Assembly (NCBI GenBank): GCA_016748015.1
Contig: JAAOMT010000082.1
Location: 154,314 to 218,313, forward strand
Length of the DNA: 64,000 nt
DNA from: Geosiphon pyriformis uo1
Lineage: Eukaryota; Fungi; Glomeromycota
Reading direction: 5' to 3'
Under the pieces are notes generated by a model. It was not told where the DNA came from. It did not search any database and saw only the letters and a program-made list of their open reading frames with translations. Position numbers and translations under genes: made by a program. Every line of letters begins with the position of its first letter. Positions within the stretch are counted from its first letter, which is position 1. Below are positions 48,900 to 63,071 of the stretch, in pieces.

Positions 48900-51660
48900 T
48901 AAATGCCAAAAACTTATCCTGTTTATTTGAATTTCTTATCAATAAATATGATGAAAGTCAATTAGTAAAATGTGAGACCAAAAAAAATCAAAAATGGTAA
49001 CATATATCAGCTAGTGTTGCAACAGAAAGAATAATGAAAATAACTAAGTATTTTTCTAGATTAACTATATTATTTAACTCTTTAAACAATTACTTTTTAT
49101 GTGAAAGACATTATAATCAGATTGTTGTTAAAAAGTTTTTTATTAAACAAATTATTAAATCAAATGATTCAACTTTTTTAGATTTAGAAAATACAGAAAA
49201 AAAAAACCAAGACTTTCTAATAATAACAAGTTGTTAGAATTAGAAAAAACTTTTTCTGATTTTGGAGTTCAAGTATTTTTGCCAGATCTAATATATAAAG
49301 TTTATATACAATAAATACAAGAGCTAAAAGATATCAATCAGCAATTATTATCTAAGATTATGACATTAAAAAAGCAATTAAGTAAAGCATTTAATAATCA
49401 ACAAAGTTGTATTAAATTTATAACAGAAATTGCCAAAAAAGAACGAAGTAATTTGTATAATAATATAATAAATTTGAAAAAAAATCATGAATATTTTAGT
49501 CTAAATAGTTTTTTAGAGTATTGTTCTTTAATATGGCTTGCAAAACAAAATCCAGTTATTGTAAGATTTATTGAAACTCTTACTCATAATAAAAATGAAT
49601 ATTAAAATAAAAGAAAAAAGCTTTTTAAGTGTATTGTAGCAGTTGATACTATATACAGATCAAAACACTTAAAATATATTTCCACTATTAATTTAGCCAC
49701 TTTAGCAATCAAATATTTAGTAACAAGATTAAAAATAATCATTGATATTAATAATCATATTATAAGTTTCAGTTATTATAAAAAGTTTACTAACTGATTA
49801 GAAAGTTTGGCTATAGAACAGTCAAAGCTTCCCAAAGAATTTTTATTTTTAGCCTTTGACAATAAACAAAAAGATCAAAAAAATTACTTAGATTATAAAT
49901 ATAATACAGTTATATTTAATATTATTACAAGTTTTGTTACTTTTAATTATGATCAAATTAATGATATTCAAAATATAGATCCTTGATTGTATTCTGAACT
50001 TTCTGAAAAAAAATATGAGAAATTATTTTTTTTAACTTCAGGTATAATAAATGAAATTTATAAAGAACTTACTAATTATCTTACTATTATTTTAGAAGAG
50101 CTTTGTACAGAGAAAAGTCAAGAAACAAATGTGATTGATAAATTAGTACAACATCAAAGCCAAATTGGTTCTCTAAAAAAATGCCCAGCTTGTCAATTGT
50201 CTAATATTGAAAATAAGAAGTGAGTTTGTCCTATATGCCATAACAAATTACCAATAATTACCAAAATAAATTAATTAAATGAATTAGCTGACATTGCCAA
50301 AAAACCTATTTCTTATTCTTATACATTTGAAAATACACAATTGTATCTGAAAATTGAGATTTATATGCTGCAATTATATGTTTTTAATTCAATAACCATA
50401 AACCCAAACTCAATTGCCAATATTTGAAAGATTTTTAAGCATATTAAAAAACTATTTGGCATTAAAAATAGTAGCCACAGATGGATTGTAGTAACATATA
50501 ATGAAATACTTTATCATCATGCACAAACAATCAAAAAAAACTTTTCTTGGCTTATATTGGTTCTAAGTGCTCTTTATGAAAAGATAAATATGCTAAAAGC
50601 ATTTGTTAAGCTGAATTGAAATATTAATATAAAATACTTTGCATAATATTAGGGATATCGAAATAAAAATTAACAGCAATTTTTTTAAAAATGTCCTGAT
50701 TATCATAAGTCATGGGATTTGATATGTAATATATATAGGCATGCAATAATTTCCAAATTAATGTGGCCATATGTTGTTTCTAAGGAAAATTCATCTGTTA
50801 AAGGTTACTTAGAATAGGCCCAAAATAAAACAGATCCCATGTTTAGGTTAAAATATAAACAAGTTTTTTTTTATTTATAAGCAATTATTAACTTTCATAT
50901 TGAAGTTTGTTTTAATAGGTTTTTATTAAGACTTGTAGTTAGATAAATATTTGCACTAATTTGGTCTGCTCAGTATTATTCTATTTACCAATTAATTGAA
51001 ATTGCTAATAAAAAACAATGACTATGATTAAAGTCTAAAGTTTGCAAGCTGATTTAAGAAAAAATTGTAATTTCTTAATCTAAACTTTCAAATCAACATC
51101 AAAACCATAATACAATACTTGAAAAAATTAAAAAAATGCTCAAATTGTTAATTTTTTTTACACTTTTACAACAACATTAGGAAATTGCAATACATAACTG
51201 TATTAAATTTAAGAAATTGTATACTAACTTCTTTAATGTTATCAAATATTCTAAAAATGAAATATACAGGTCTTATATACATCCTAGCTTTATTGTTGAA
51301 TCAAATTGATTTCAAGTTTAGATAAAAAAGACACAGTTTGTAAATCCAAATGTCTCTAATTATGTTTTTTATAATATTGACCATAAATAAATATTAAGCA
51401 AAAAAATAAAAAAATTCAGTAAAATTACACAGATAAAAAAAATAGACTTTTTTAAAACAAGACAAATTAAAAAAACATTATTAGGTACTTGGAAACCAAT
51501 TCCAGTAACAAATAAAAAAGCAGATCATCAAAAAATATAAATTTGTTAATAAAATCACAACTATTATCTATTATTAACTCTTTAATACCTTTTTTAAGTG
51601 ATTATGTTTTCAAAACTTATCAAATTAATTATGTGACAGCCTAATAAATATTTTTCAAAA
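48900..51660 (+). pseudogene. Heavily decayed large gene, putative DDE-transposase-like (DUF6589-like) relic
   Basis: Continuous degenerate frame: FLAFDNKQ, CPACQ..CPIC zinc ribbon, WIVVTYNEILYHH (plausibly VTCDG..), LVLSALYEKINMLKAF (plausibly PGxLHEEMN). Family assignment is from recalled motif resemblance only; boundaries approximate. Confidence 0.45.
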
Positions 51661-53139
51661 AGTTAGAAATATATTGTATTGTGTATAGTTTTGTTTACAT
51701 TGAATTAGGCGTATTATTATTTATAATTAGAACTGTGATTAGTTAATATACAATGTTTGTATTTTTGAAGATATTAACTATAAACCCAATGTTCATGATG
51801 TAATTGTTTCTATAGTGAATGATATTTTGATATATGTAGTTCAGGAGTTGTATGGAATATAAATCGCAGTCATTATAACACTAATGCTCATATTGTTTAA
51901 TATAATACTTGGCAAGATTTTTGTTTAAAGCTGTAATGTAAAGATTATAGATCAGACCCTCTTGCTAATACATGTTTTGTGAAATTCTAAACTCTATTCA
52001 GTTCTATTATTTGAACACATGGTTAAGATATTTACCAATTGCTAAAAAGGAGACCACTAGATAGATTCCATAAAGCTTTAGTAACTACTATTGCCAATTG
52101 TTTGATAGTGATAATTTTCAATACATAGTCTTTTGCCACTTTTTTCTATTAACTCCCATTTGCAACATTTTCCACAAGCTAAAGAATTTGGATTACATAC
52201 AAAAATTTTATCAGCCATTAAGATTGGGCTTAGTGCCAATGCTGTCATTGTATTATATATACCCATTTTTAAAACATGATATGTTGAGTTTAAGTCTGAA
52301 TCTTCATTCTGTATAATTATGTTTGGATTATAAAAAGCATTCAACACAGATTTATTTGCTTCAAAAAAGTTGATTTTTAATACATCTTTAAAACTATCAG
52401 TCAAACTTTTGCTCATTAATACTAAATATTGGTTAAATGATGAATATAATTGCTAGTATGGAGCTTTTTTTTAATCATAGATGCCAAAGTTGGTGTAAAA
52501 ACGTATTTATTGGGTATATATTGGAATTTTCATGCTTTGAGTTTTATTACTGATCATATTTCTCTTCCTAAGGAAAGATAAATTCAAACTCTGTTCCTAG
52601 TTGATTTGCTTGAGCAATGTCTCATTAACAAACTTGTTCCCAGAGGATTCTATTGGGCCATTATTCTCACTTGTAGGTCTGTTAATTCCTTCTCCCAATA
52701 TGGAGAAAAAGTAATCTTGTTAGCCAAAGTTTGATCCAAAGTAACTTCATCGATACCTGTAGCAATAGTCTCCAAAGCACTATTAGTCTTTAAAGCACCA
52801 CCAGTCTCCAAAGCACCAAAAGCAGCAGTACTGTACCATATGTCAACTATTATTAAAACTCTCATAATACCTGCAAACAACAAGCCAGATATAATAGTTC
52901 TATCACTGTCTTCTGATGGCAGTGGCGACTTATAAAGAAGAAGAGTAATTGAATGTTGTAATATTTCAGAAATTTTGTTTAGTGTTCTACAATTGTTTCC
53001 AAAAACTTTTCTAATTTTTTTTACTACCATAAAAAGAATGATTTCCATTGACAAATCAGGAAATCTTCCTGACTGTATTAACGAGTTTATAATCAAAGAG
53101 TTCTAGAATAAACTTAATAAAATTACAGATTATATTTAT

Positions 53140-54135
53140 ATGATGTTACCACCTCAAGAAACATCATATAGCTCTTGTGAGATGATACAAAGTTTTAACA
53201 CCTTTACATACTCCCAAGGATATGTAGTTACAAAACGATGCTTTGCTGCTAATGGTACTCGTATTACCTTCAAATGTGATCGGGGAAATGAATATATTGC
53301 TTCTAAAAGACTTGTATTAGAAGATCGATAACGAAAAACAGCAAACTCGATTAACAAACTGCCCTTTTACTATATATATGGATAATTACTCAAAGTTGAT
53401 GAATGCTGGTATTTAACAATTCACAATGCTGAACATAATCATAAGCCATCTGATAATATTGCTGGACATCCTGCTGCTCGACGACTTAAATCCAAATAGA
53501 AAGTATTAGTTTCACAAATGTTAAGTGGAGGCATTGCACCAAAGACAATTTTAACAGCATTACGACAGGAAGATCTTGAACAACATGCAATTTCAAAGAC
53601 TATTTATAATGAACAGGCACATCTTCGAAAAATAGAGCTTGCTAATCGTTCATCTATACTAGTTTCATTTTATTTGGCATCTAGTAAATACAAATCGTAT
53701 TTTTACAATGATTAATCCTGAAGTTAATATTCCAACAGTTATTCCAAGTTTGGATCCATTGCTTGAAGAAATAAATCGAACATATCAACTTTTGGCTCCA
53801 CATCAACAAGAAGCAATGTGCACTCAATTAATTCAGATTTCAACCACATCTCTTGCAATTGAGAATCCTTTTAATCAACGAACTCGAGAACGTCCTTTAG
53901 GTGCTTTAAATCGCTCTCAACAAAATATTGCCCATCAAAAATCATCTATTCAACGAAATTTATCCCAATTTGAAATTGTTGAAAATGTTTCTTCTCAAAT
54001 TCAAGTACGTAAATGTAAAATTTGTAAGAAACAAGGCCATAATATTTGGCCCTGTCCACAACGAGGTGTTTTTTAATTATAAATTAATATCACGTGTTGC
54101 GGATGGGTCGATTTAGCAAAAAGGGTGCAATTCCC
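53140..54135 (+). mobile_element. Internally deleted Mutator-like (MULE) transposase relic
   Basis: FAR1/WRKY-like N-terminus (QGYVVTKR..FKCDRG..NCPF..WYLTIHNAEHNH..HPAARR..KTIYN) joined directly to the C-terminus (RERPLGA..RKCKICKKQGHNIWPC); catalytic DDE core missing. Confidence 0.75.
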
Positions 54136-54289
54136 TTAATTTATATACGCGTCTGTGGCTTTGTTGTCATGATGAAAATGCTACCCCGTGATTGAGTTAT
54201 CATGTGCAAATATATTTCATCTTTGTTTTTTTTTGTTTTTCCTAGTCTATCTACGACAGCTGGCGTCTCCAAGGATGTTATATCGGAGG

Positions 54290-55320
54290 CTGAACGACGC
54301 TGACCCATAATGGAAGACCTAAAGACAATCCCTTTTTAGTGTCGGCCATTGGGGAGTATCACGTAGCATACTATTATGACGTTGTTTTGTTTGGGTATGA
54401 ATAAAACTAGCGTGATATTTTCTCAATTACAAATAAATCGATTTTCTCATTGTAGCATTATGGTATGGTTAGAGAAGCAATTGGAAAGAAGAGTTTGAAT
54501 GTTATCAGAAAGCGGCCAAAGGTGGACATTGGGAAGCTCAATTAACTTTGGGAATGATCTTACTTATTCGCTAATAAGGTTAAGAGCTTTGAAGTTTATG
54601 TAATTATTGATCACGAGATTTTTTGATATTTATTTCAATTAGTTTTTTTGATATTTTGAATCCTGATTGTATCTATCAAACATGATATTAGATCATAGTC
54701 CCTTTTCTCGCTTTGAGTCTCAAGTCCAAAATTATAAGCATCCTTCTGGCTTCAAAAAGCGGCTGAAAATACTTGTGGCCAATCAAGGAAACCTACAAAT
54801 CAATGAATAGGGAAAGCATGTAGAAGGAAGACTCGTGGAAGAATTGTTTAGGCTGGGGAAGGATTCGGAGTTCGAGCAATAAGTATCATATGTATATGTA
54901 ATGCTTAGTTTATAATATATATGTTAACGCAAGTTCTACTTTCACTCGTTTATTGTGGATGTGGATGATGAAATAATCAAGCGACATTTCGGCGGATAGG
55001 AACTGCATGAGATCGATTACACACCTAGTCCACAGGTGCCTGAGCATTCAGATGAAATCACGGCCTATTTGGGCAAATTTGTAAACAAGCTAAATGTTTT
55101 ACCTCCGTAGTTTGATTTATATATAACATTAAAAAGCCGCTAAATTATTATTTTTGTCTCAATAGATGGATCTCAAAGTATCATCAAAGAAGAATATTGC
55201 CCAGAATTATCGCGAAAAACACCACGACATCGATTACATACTCTATCGAGGACTTTTTAAATAACTTGAGGATAATTAACGAAATATTTCCCGCTTTCAA
55301 CCAATAATTGAGCAGTTAGT
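54290..55320 (+). pseudogene. Intron-containing Sel1-like repeat gene relic
   Basis: EEFECYQKAAKGGHWEAQLTLGM (~54488-54558) and FWLQKAAEN (~54743-54769) match the Sel1 repeat pattern; GT..AG intron-like AT-rich spacers; CpG retained; stops and frameshifts present. Confidence 0.5.
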
Positions 55321-55480
55321 AAGAGCGGTTTTTGGATAAGGAAAGATTGAATATATACTGACCGGCGTATCTGGGTTCATGGCTTGAGGTTGTGTTCCAG
55401 AATGGTTATGCGGCCCGCCTTTGTGCGTGTTAAAATTACTTGTTTTTATACATATTTTCTAGTTTTACAAGATTACTTTT

Positions 55481-55660
55481 AATTGTTTGTTATTACTAGC
55501 TATTGCTCGCTATTATTGCTTTATTCTTTTACACTATAACTAGTTATCTTATATTATGACTAGTTATTTTGTGCTATTTCACGTTATTGTGTGTTATCCT
55601 GAGTTATTACGCGTTATTCTGTGTTATTTCACATTATCATGTTTTTTCTATGTTATCATG
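55481..55660. repeat. Degenerate 10-bp-period tandem repeat (core GTTAT)
   Basis: tagttatctt atattatgac tagttatttt gtgctatttc acgttattgt gtgttatcct gagttattac gcgttattct gtgttatttc acattatcat. Confidence 0.7.
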
Positions 55661-56585
55661 CTTTAATCACATTTTTTAATAGCTTTTGGATTGTCTTTTC
55701 AACTCGGGTAATTTTGTTAATTAAATTTGATAATGTAAATCTTTTTCACATGATTTTAATGGTAATTTCCATAGTATATTGTTGTAATTTTTGTATTAAA
55801 AATCATGAAAATTTTTGGTAATATTAAGAAAACAATTATAACATAATACACTAATAAAAAACTCTTGCTAATATTATATTTTTAGAGTATAATAAAAAAA
55901 ATACTAATAAATTTATGTCTTGGCAATAACTAAAAAATTATACTAAAATATGTAATATTCTTTTAACATTAAAAAATGTAAAAACATTTTCTGTTACTTA
56001 TTTAAATAATATAAAGAGACAGCTATTTTTTTTTACAAAAAATAATGTGTTTTTTTTACTTATAACAACAAAAAAAAATAGTTATTACTTGAAACTACTT
56101 TATATATTAAAGTATTATAACAAGATTAAAATATCTAAATATAATATCTATTGTTTTTTAACTATAAGCAATTATATTTATTTTTGTTATTCTATTTATA
56201 ATACATATTTTTTAATACTTTTATTAATTGTATTATACAAAAAAAACCAACATCTAAAATTATAAAAATAACTAGTTAAAAAAAATAATCTACTAATTCA
56301 ATTGATAATTTTTCTGTTAATTTTAGACAAATACTAGTCTTATAAAATTATAAGATATTTTTAAAAAAAAATAAAAAGACAACCAAATTTTTTATAATCT
56401 AAAGTCTTAAAAAGTTTTATAATTAGGAAATAAAGAAAAAAATTATAGTTTTTTTTTTATTATTATTGCTTAACGAGTGAGGTCCAAACACAACCTAGCA
56501 CTATACATCAAGAAATTGATTTAAACTAGGCGTGAATCATGCACTTTCTACATGTGACCAGCCACTCGGGCCGATCAGAACAACA

Positions 56586-59500
56586 CTACACAGCTATATG
56601 AACCAACACTAATTCACCTATACCTGAAAAGAACAAGCAAGCCTTGCGAAAACCAAAATGAACACCTAAAGCACTAGTAATGCCAAGTAACCTAACCACC
56701 CCTGCAGAGAACCTTGAAGCCAAACCATGAACCGAGACGATGGTTGAACCATCTAGTGGGATCAGTCTATTCTTCTCCATATACGCATGATGCTTAGCAT
56801 GAATCAACCAGACATCCTTCCTAAAAGCAAGACCAAGAGAGCGCACAAACTTGACAATCTCCAAAACAGCAATCTTGGGGTCATGAAAGACAGAAACAGC
56901 CTCGCTAAACCATCCATTGAAAACAAAGCCCTTAAAAAGAGCCATAGACACAGAGGAATCAGAAACACTGGATGACAACAGCTGCAATATATCCGAGGAG
57001 GAGTGAGATGAGCCAGAAAGCGCCTTTCAGGACCCTATATAAGAATTCAGCAACTGGTGCCGAACAGACTCATCAACCTTGTAGGAGAACACATGATCTG
57101 ACACCTCCACCTCACCACAATACAAGCACAACACGCTAGGATAATGTTTATCATAGAGGCGCTTCTGAACAGCAACTGGCAGCCGATGGTGTAAAGACTT
57201 CATAAAATAAGTATGCACACTGGATGAATACCTGCTGGTGAATCCTGCAGCCATGTGCAAATCAGGATGCCACACCAATGACAAATGGGGCCAATCAACC
57301 TCAGAAGACAAGCTGCCAACCAAAACCCCAGAACTGGAACCAACCTCCCATTGTGCACGACAAATAGAACGATAAATATCACGAACAAAATGCCTCAAAT
57401 TTCCAGAAACAACATCACTATCAGCTGCCAGGAAGTGCTCACTCAAGCGAGGGGAAAGATACCAATTGGAGAGAGAAGCGGCACCAGCGATCGCATTGGC
57501 ACGCTCATTTTCTGAAACACCAGAATGACCCTTTACCTTGCGAAAGCTAACCCTTAACTTCTTACTGCGAATTATGTTGACAATATGACGACGTTCGACC
57601 CAACACTGATTACAAAAATCGGGACACACCAGATCTAACTCCGACCTGCAAGCATCCAATGCCAATTGACTATCTGAGAACAAACAAACAAAGCTTGACG
57701 GGGAAACACACTCCAGAGCTAAAGCAACAGCCTGCAATTCCACCAAAGTAGACGACATCAAACACAATATCCTTACTCCCAAACCCAAACCAATGTCCTC
57801 AAAAAAAACAGCAGCACCAGCTTTACAGCCAACTGTGCCAAGACCACTAAGAGATCCATCCGTATACACTGATAGGCTGCTAGCACCGGTTACCAAGAGA
57901 CAATCACGAATAGACACAAATCTACCAGACTCAAGAATGTTCAAAGGACTACCATCCCCCAAAACTAGAGACTGATCGCGAGAAGATCTCACACTATTGA
58001 GAAACAAAACAGAATGCTTGAACCACTTAGGAACTGGGCCACGGGAGTCCAATCTCTTCTACCGCTTGAAAGTGTACCAATCATAGACAGCACTATGACA
58101 GTCACGAAGTTGATTCACAAAGGCAATACCATACCGCCGAAGGGAAGGGAGAAACTTGAGAAACCTTGACTTGCCTAGAACCTCAGACATAGGCACTCTA
58201 CCATGAGACCGAAAAGAACTAATCAAAAAGCCACCCAGAGACACATTGCAATTGACAAGAACACGAACCATGCCTGCCAGAAAGTTATTAGAAGCACTGA
58301 CACAAATACGAACAGAAGAACACAATGGATAAACAGGGCGCCAACACAGAACTTGCAAGTCATGAGACCTGTGGGAAAACAAACGACCCAAGATACCACC
58401 AGAGTTCACAAAACTGACAAGAGAAGCAATCTTGCTTTCAGATTGAACTTGAGAAAATAACTTCAAACCATAAAACGAAGGGTGGTAAACCACATCATTG
58501 GGGAAATCGAGTGGCAAACCAGACTTGAGCTTCAAACCTTTACAAATCAGAGCATCCCACTTCCCGCACACACCAACAGAAATAAAACTGAACTGAGTTC
58601 TATAGCTGACTATCAGATGCAGAACTGCCGACACCAAATACAAAAACTGCTTATCTGAGACCGCCTTCCTCAACACCAGATTGGTGAAAAAGCGAACGTC
58701 CGAATGCGCCTTAGCCAAGCTAGGCTTCGAAAGACCCTCAGTCGATAGAAAAATGCCCAGATATTGGTGAGATTCCCCCTTTTTGGCAATAGAAATGGGC
58801 GAACCACTGATAGACAGGGAGGGACTGCTGACTCTGCTATTGATAGGAATGGCTACCATTTTGTCGGTTGTTAATAGAAATGTCATTGATAAAAAAAAAT
58901 TCACTAGCAACATCGAGAATATGTTGAGTAGCCGTCTAACTGCTACCAACCCAAATCGTATCATCAACAAAAGCACCAGTGGCAAAAAAAGAAGAAAACC
59001 CAGTCTGGGATTTAGAACGACCATTCTTGGAAACAAAGTAAGAGTTCAACCTATACCCACATACACTCTCCTGTCTTTTGACTTCGCACAAAAAAGAATC
59101 ATAAAATATGTGCCAGAGAAGAGGAGAGAAGACCTCTCCTTGGTCCAAACCATCATGCACACGGTAACCACTTGTCAGTCCAAAATCAGTCATGACTCGG
59201 TTGGTACGATCCCTATGAATACCACCAAAAAACTGAATAAATTTGCTATACATCTTAATCCTGACCAAACTTCTCTCAAGATGCCCCCAGCCAACTGAGT
59301 CATACGCCTTCCGCATGTCCTGCAGAACCAGCCATAGCTCCCTGTCTTTTTTCAAAGCATCTTCGACCACTGAACCAATTGCAAAAATAGGGGACTGGGT
59401 TGTCGTACCCTTCAAAACTGAGAAATTAGCCCCTCAAAGCATGTCAAAAGTACTGCACGCCAAAGAAATCCTGTCTGAGAGTATCTTGGAAAGAACCTTG

Positions 59501-61275
59501 TAAGCCGTTTCGATCAAGGCAATAAAATGTGTGTTCGTTAAAACACCTTTCCACTCATAAGGTTTCGGAATCATCGAGACCCATGCTTCTTTCCAAGGGC
59601 CGGGCACTGATTCACTAGACAAACAAGAGTTCAAGAGCACCAACAACATATCCAAAACTGACCTATCACAATGTTTCCAAAGCTTATTTGAAATACCCGA
59701 CAAACCAGCCGCTTTACCCTCCGGAAGATCAGAAATCACCCCAAGGAACTCATCATACTCAATCGAACACATGACACCAGAAAAAGCTTTGTCGAAAACA
59801 TACTCCAGTGGCTGATATTGGAGACGCCAATCCTCTGAGACATAATCGACCACCCGACACTTCCTAGTCTAACCTTTCATGATCGCATCAACCTTGGACT
59901 TGACCTGCTCAGGTTCCAAAATCAATCCGTCATCAACCACCAAATGATCCAGCACAATTTTACGAAATGGGCGCTCCAACACACTTCTTATTGTATGACT
60001 TTTATTTACCTCAAAGCTTTCCATCCTCTTGTCTATCGCAGATCTGATGCATGCCTCTTTAGCACTCTGAGATTCAATGAGCTTGGACTTTCGATAAGAT
60101 TTCCTGGCACCAAAAAGAGCAGAACAAACACGACCAGATTTCACACCAGAGTCCACCAGATCCTGAATGACCAAAGCCTTGACACTGTCCAGAGTAGCCC
60201 AACACCTCATGAGAGAAACAAAATCCACAGCACACCCCACACGAAATGCCTTAACAATTTTTGAAACCAAAAGCTCCAACTTGTGGAACCTTGATGACTC
60301 CTTGGTAAAGACACCATCAAATTCCTTGAACCACTTTTTCTTGAACACTTCATTAGCTGAAAGAATCATCATTTTGCGAACAACATCCCACATTGCGTCC
60401 AAATCCAAAAACCTCAAAGAAACAGCAAACTCATCTGAGAACATTGTTGCGTTAGCCAATGTGGCACACTTAAAATCGATCCATTTACTCTCATCAGCAC
60501 CCTTGAAATCAAACTTCCATCTGTCTCTGTTTGCTTGCTTGCAAAAAGAGCTCAATTGCGTATCCAGAAGCCCACCCAGACCCAAAGACACTGAAACAGC
60601 TTGATGATTTGTGTCAAAGTGCTCACTGACACCCGAAACATTATGATGTACCATCACATTGACCAGATTTGGAGAGACAAACATGTAATCAATTGTTCTT
60701 TTGACACTCCTAGAATTCTCCCAAGTGGGCATTTTCACAGCTGGGCTTCCGACCAAAGAGTTAATCAATTCCAAATCAAGGCACTTCTTGAAACTCGCAC
60801 ACTTATGAGAGCCGTCTTCATTAAAATCGCCACCAAGGATAACAAAGGAGGACTCGTTAACAGCCTTTGCGATGATAGAGTTGATTTCGCCTGCCTGAGA
60901 GAACCAGACCGCTGAAGAAACACCAGCATACAGTCCCAAAATTGACACAGAGAGCCTGTTCTTGAAAAGTAACTTGATAGACAACAACCGACCCAGGACC
61001 TCAGACACTTTGCACACATGTCTCGCCAAAGAAGTGTTCATAACCACCGCCACACCAGCACCCAGATACCCAGAATCCAAACCAGTAGTAAACACTCGAA
61101 CCCCATCAAACTTGTTAATGATCCAGGGCCGAACCTTACCTTTTAACTTAGTTTCAGTAAAAATCGAAATTGAATTGTCCATTTCCTTATGCCAACGAAC
61201 GACATCACTCTGCTTCGCAGGGTTGTTCATTCCCCTGACATTGTATGTAGCGACTTTCCATACTAATTCACTCAT
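56586..61275 (-). pseudogene. LINE ORF2: AP endonuclease, reverse transcriptase, RNase H, C-terminal zinc finger
   Basis: ATYNVRG/TETKL/GDFN/IDYMFV; LQDMRKAYD/QGEVFSPLL/AFVDD; VYTDGS..VELQA..FSDS..KVKGHSG..NERA; CLYCGEVEVSDH. Stops at 59869, 59434, 58059, 57027 and a frameshift near 58900. Confidence 0.93.
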
Positions 61276-63071
61276 TGGGAGGGGGATTGGAAGTTCGCAC
61301 CACCAGCCAAAGCCAGACTATCGAAACGAGCGGACAAGATCAACACAGATTTGGAGAGGCCTTCCAACATATTTTCCAACTTGACAACATGGGGGGACGT
61401 GGATGAGTCCACAATCATGGCAGACTCATGGCCATCAGCCATACTCAAGTCCATATCCAATGTCACATTACTTTCCGAATACTGTGGCGTGGTGACCACT
61501 GGCAGCCAGCATCCGTGACCAGGCTGGGAAACCACCGGCACAAGCAAATCTAACCTCTTGGCCAACCCATCAATTTGTTTTGCGAGACTAACAAGACCAT
61601 CCTCGATACTGACCAGTTTTTTTTCCAGATCTTTTGCAACAGAAGGGGTAGGTTTACCATCGACGACAGAACCAGAACTTGCCTTACCACCAGAGAAAGA
61701 GGGAGCAGAGGGAGCGCTAACCACCGATGCCCAAGTTTTACCACCAAAAGCCAAAGGACGAGAGATAGACACAGATCTCCTTGCATAAATTTTTGCCAAT
61801 CTGAATTGGTCCTGAACCGAAAGGGGAGCCTTTCTGCCTCCTGCAATTCCAGCACCCTTGACTGTTCTGCAACCAAGAGAAGTATGACCAAATTTCTCAC
61901 AAACCGCACATGAAACTAAAGAAAGACAGGACCAATGGAGACCAAAGCTCTTTATAACTGGAGTCATTGCCATTGCATTAACTAATTCCACTTCCGAGCT
62001 AAAACACATAGTGGCACAGCGGGCGCGAGAATAACTGATGGGATTGCGATCGATGAAGCAGGTTTTCCCACTAATAGAACCAATAAAATCCCACAAATCA
62101 TGAGCAGTGGTTCCCATGGGAAGAGTATATAGCAAAGCCCTAAACTTATCCCTGGCATCCCATGATTGTTTGTCGATATCAGCCCTGGCCACCCAAATCG
62201 CATCCTTCCCAATAAGGATAGACCACTTAGAGCCCAGAAAATCAGCCTGGTCTTGATTTTCCAATTCGATGATTGCCTTTTGCCATAAACCCACCAGCTG
62301 CATTTTGATCGACTTAATGATGCCAAATTCGGCTACAGCTGCACGCACAGCCTCCAAAGAAGTTTTCACAGGAATTTCTTTCAGCACAATTGCCCGATTT
62401 GTACGATTGTTGACAGGACGCTTGAGATCGGTGTTTACCACAATACCACGGTCATTAGCCAAATTAGCTGCAGTCATCATCACCTCTTCAGAAGTGAAAG
62501 TAGCCCAAATGATTCCACCAAATTTTGAAGGGGTAGAGGCCCTCCCAAAACCATTTACACCTGAAAAGATTTTTCTGACAAAATTGACTTTTTCCTGAGA
62601 GAATTTACCCACCACCGCCACCAGATCAATATCCAAAGCGAAGGACTTGCAAACAGGCATCTGAATGGATGGCTTGACTGGAAAAGGAGGTGGTAGAAGA
62701 AGAGACTCATCCAACACATCACTATCCGCATCGACAGTACCATAATCAATCACACCCAAAGGCTTCCCTAACACCTTCTTGGTCTTTACACACAAACTCT
62801 TAAGCATTTGATCAGGATCCTCTCCTGTGAAAGCACCATTCTCACCATAGTCAACACTGGTTTCCTCAACCAAGCACTCCTCCTCCATGTCAATACTCTC
62901 AGATTCAGTAGTATCACCCACCTCAGAACCTCATGAACAATTACCAAGAGCTTTATCAGCAACCTTACTATTATCAACACTCTCTGCTAATACACCACCC
63001 TTTCTCTTCTTCCTCGATGCAACCATCTTAAAACCATCCTCAAAACCAGAAACTTTGGTAGCCTTCTTCAT
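61272..63071 (-). pseudogene. LINE ORF1 (RRM-like domains, CCHC knuckle, coiled-coil C-terminus); one premature stop at 62931-62933
   Basis: AIVLKEIPVKTSLEAVRAAVAEFGIIKSIK (RRM-like); CAVCEKFGHTSLGC; heptads LEKKLVSIEDGLVSLAKQIDGLAKRL; stop overlaps the ORF2 ATG (ATGA). Confidence 0.85.

Noticed and set aside
51800-53096. Minus-strand ORFs 52078-52416 and 52650-53096 (with a short ALET-like repeat)
   Set aside because: Probably a decayed gene, but no family could be recognised, so no call was made.
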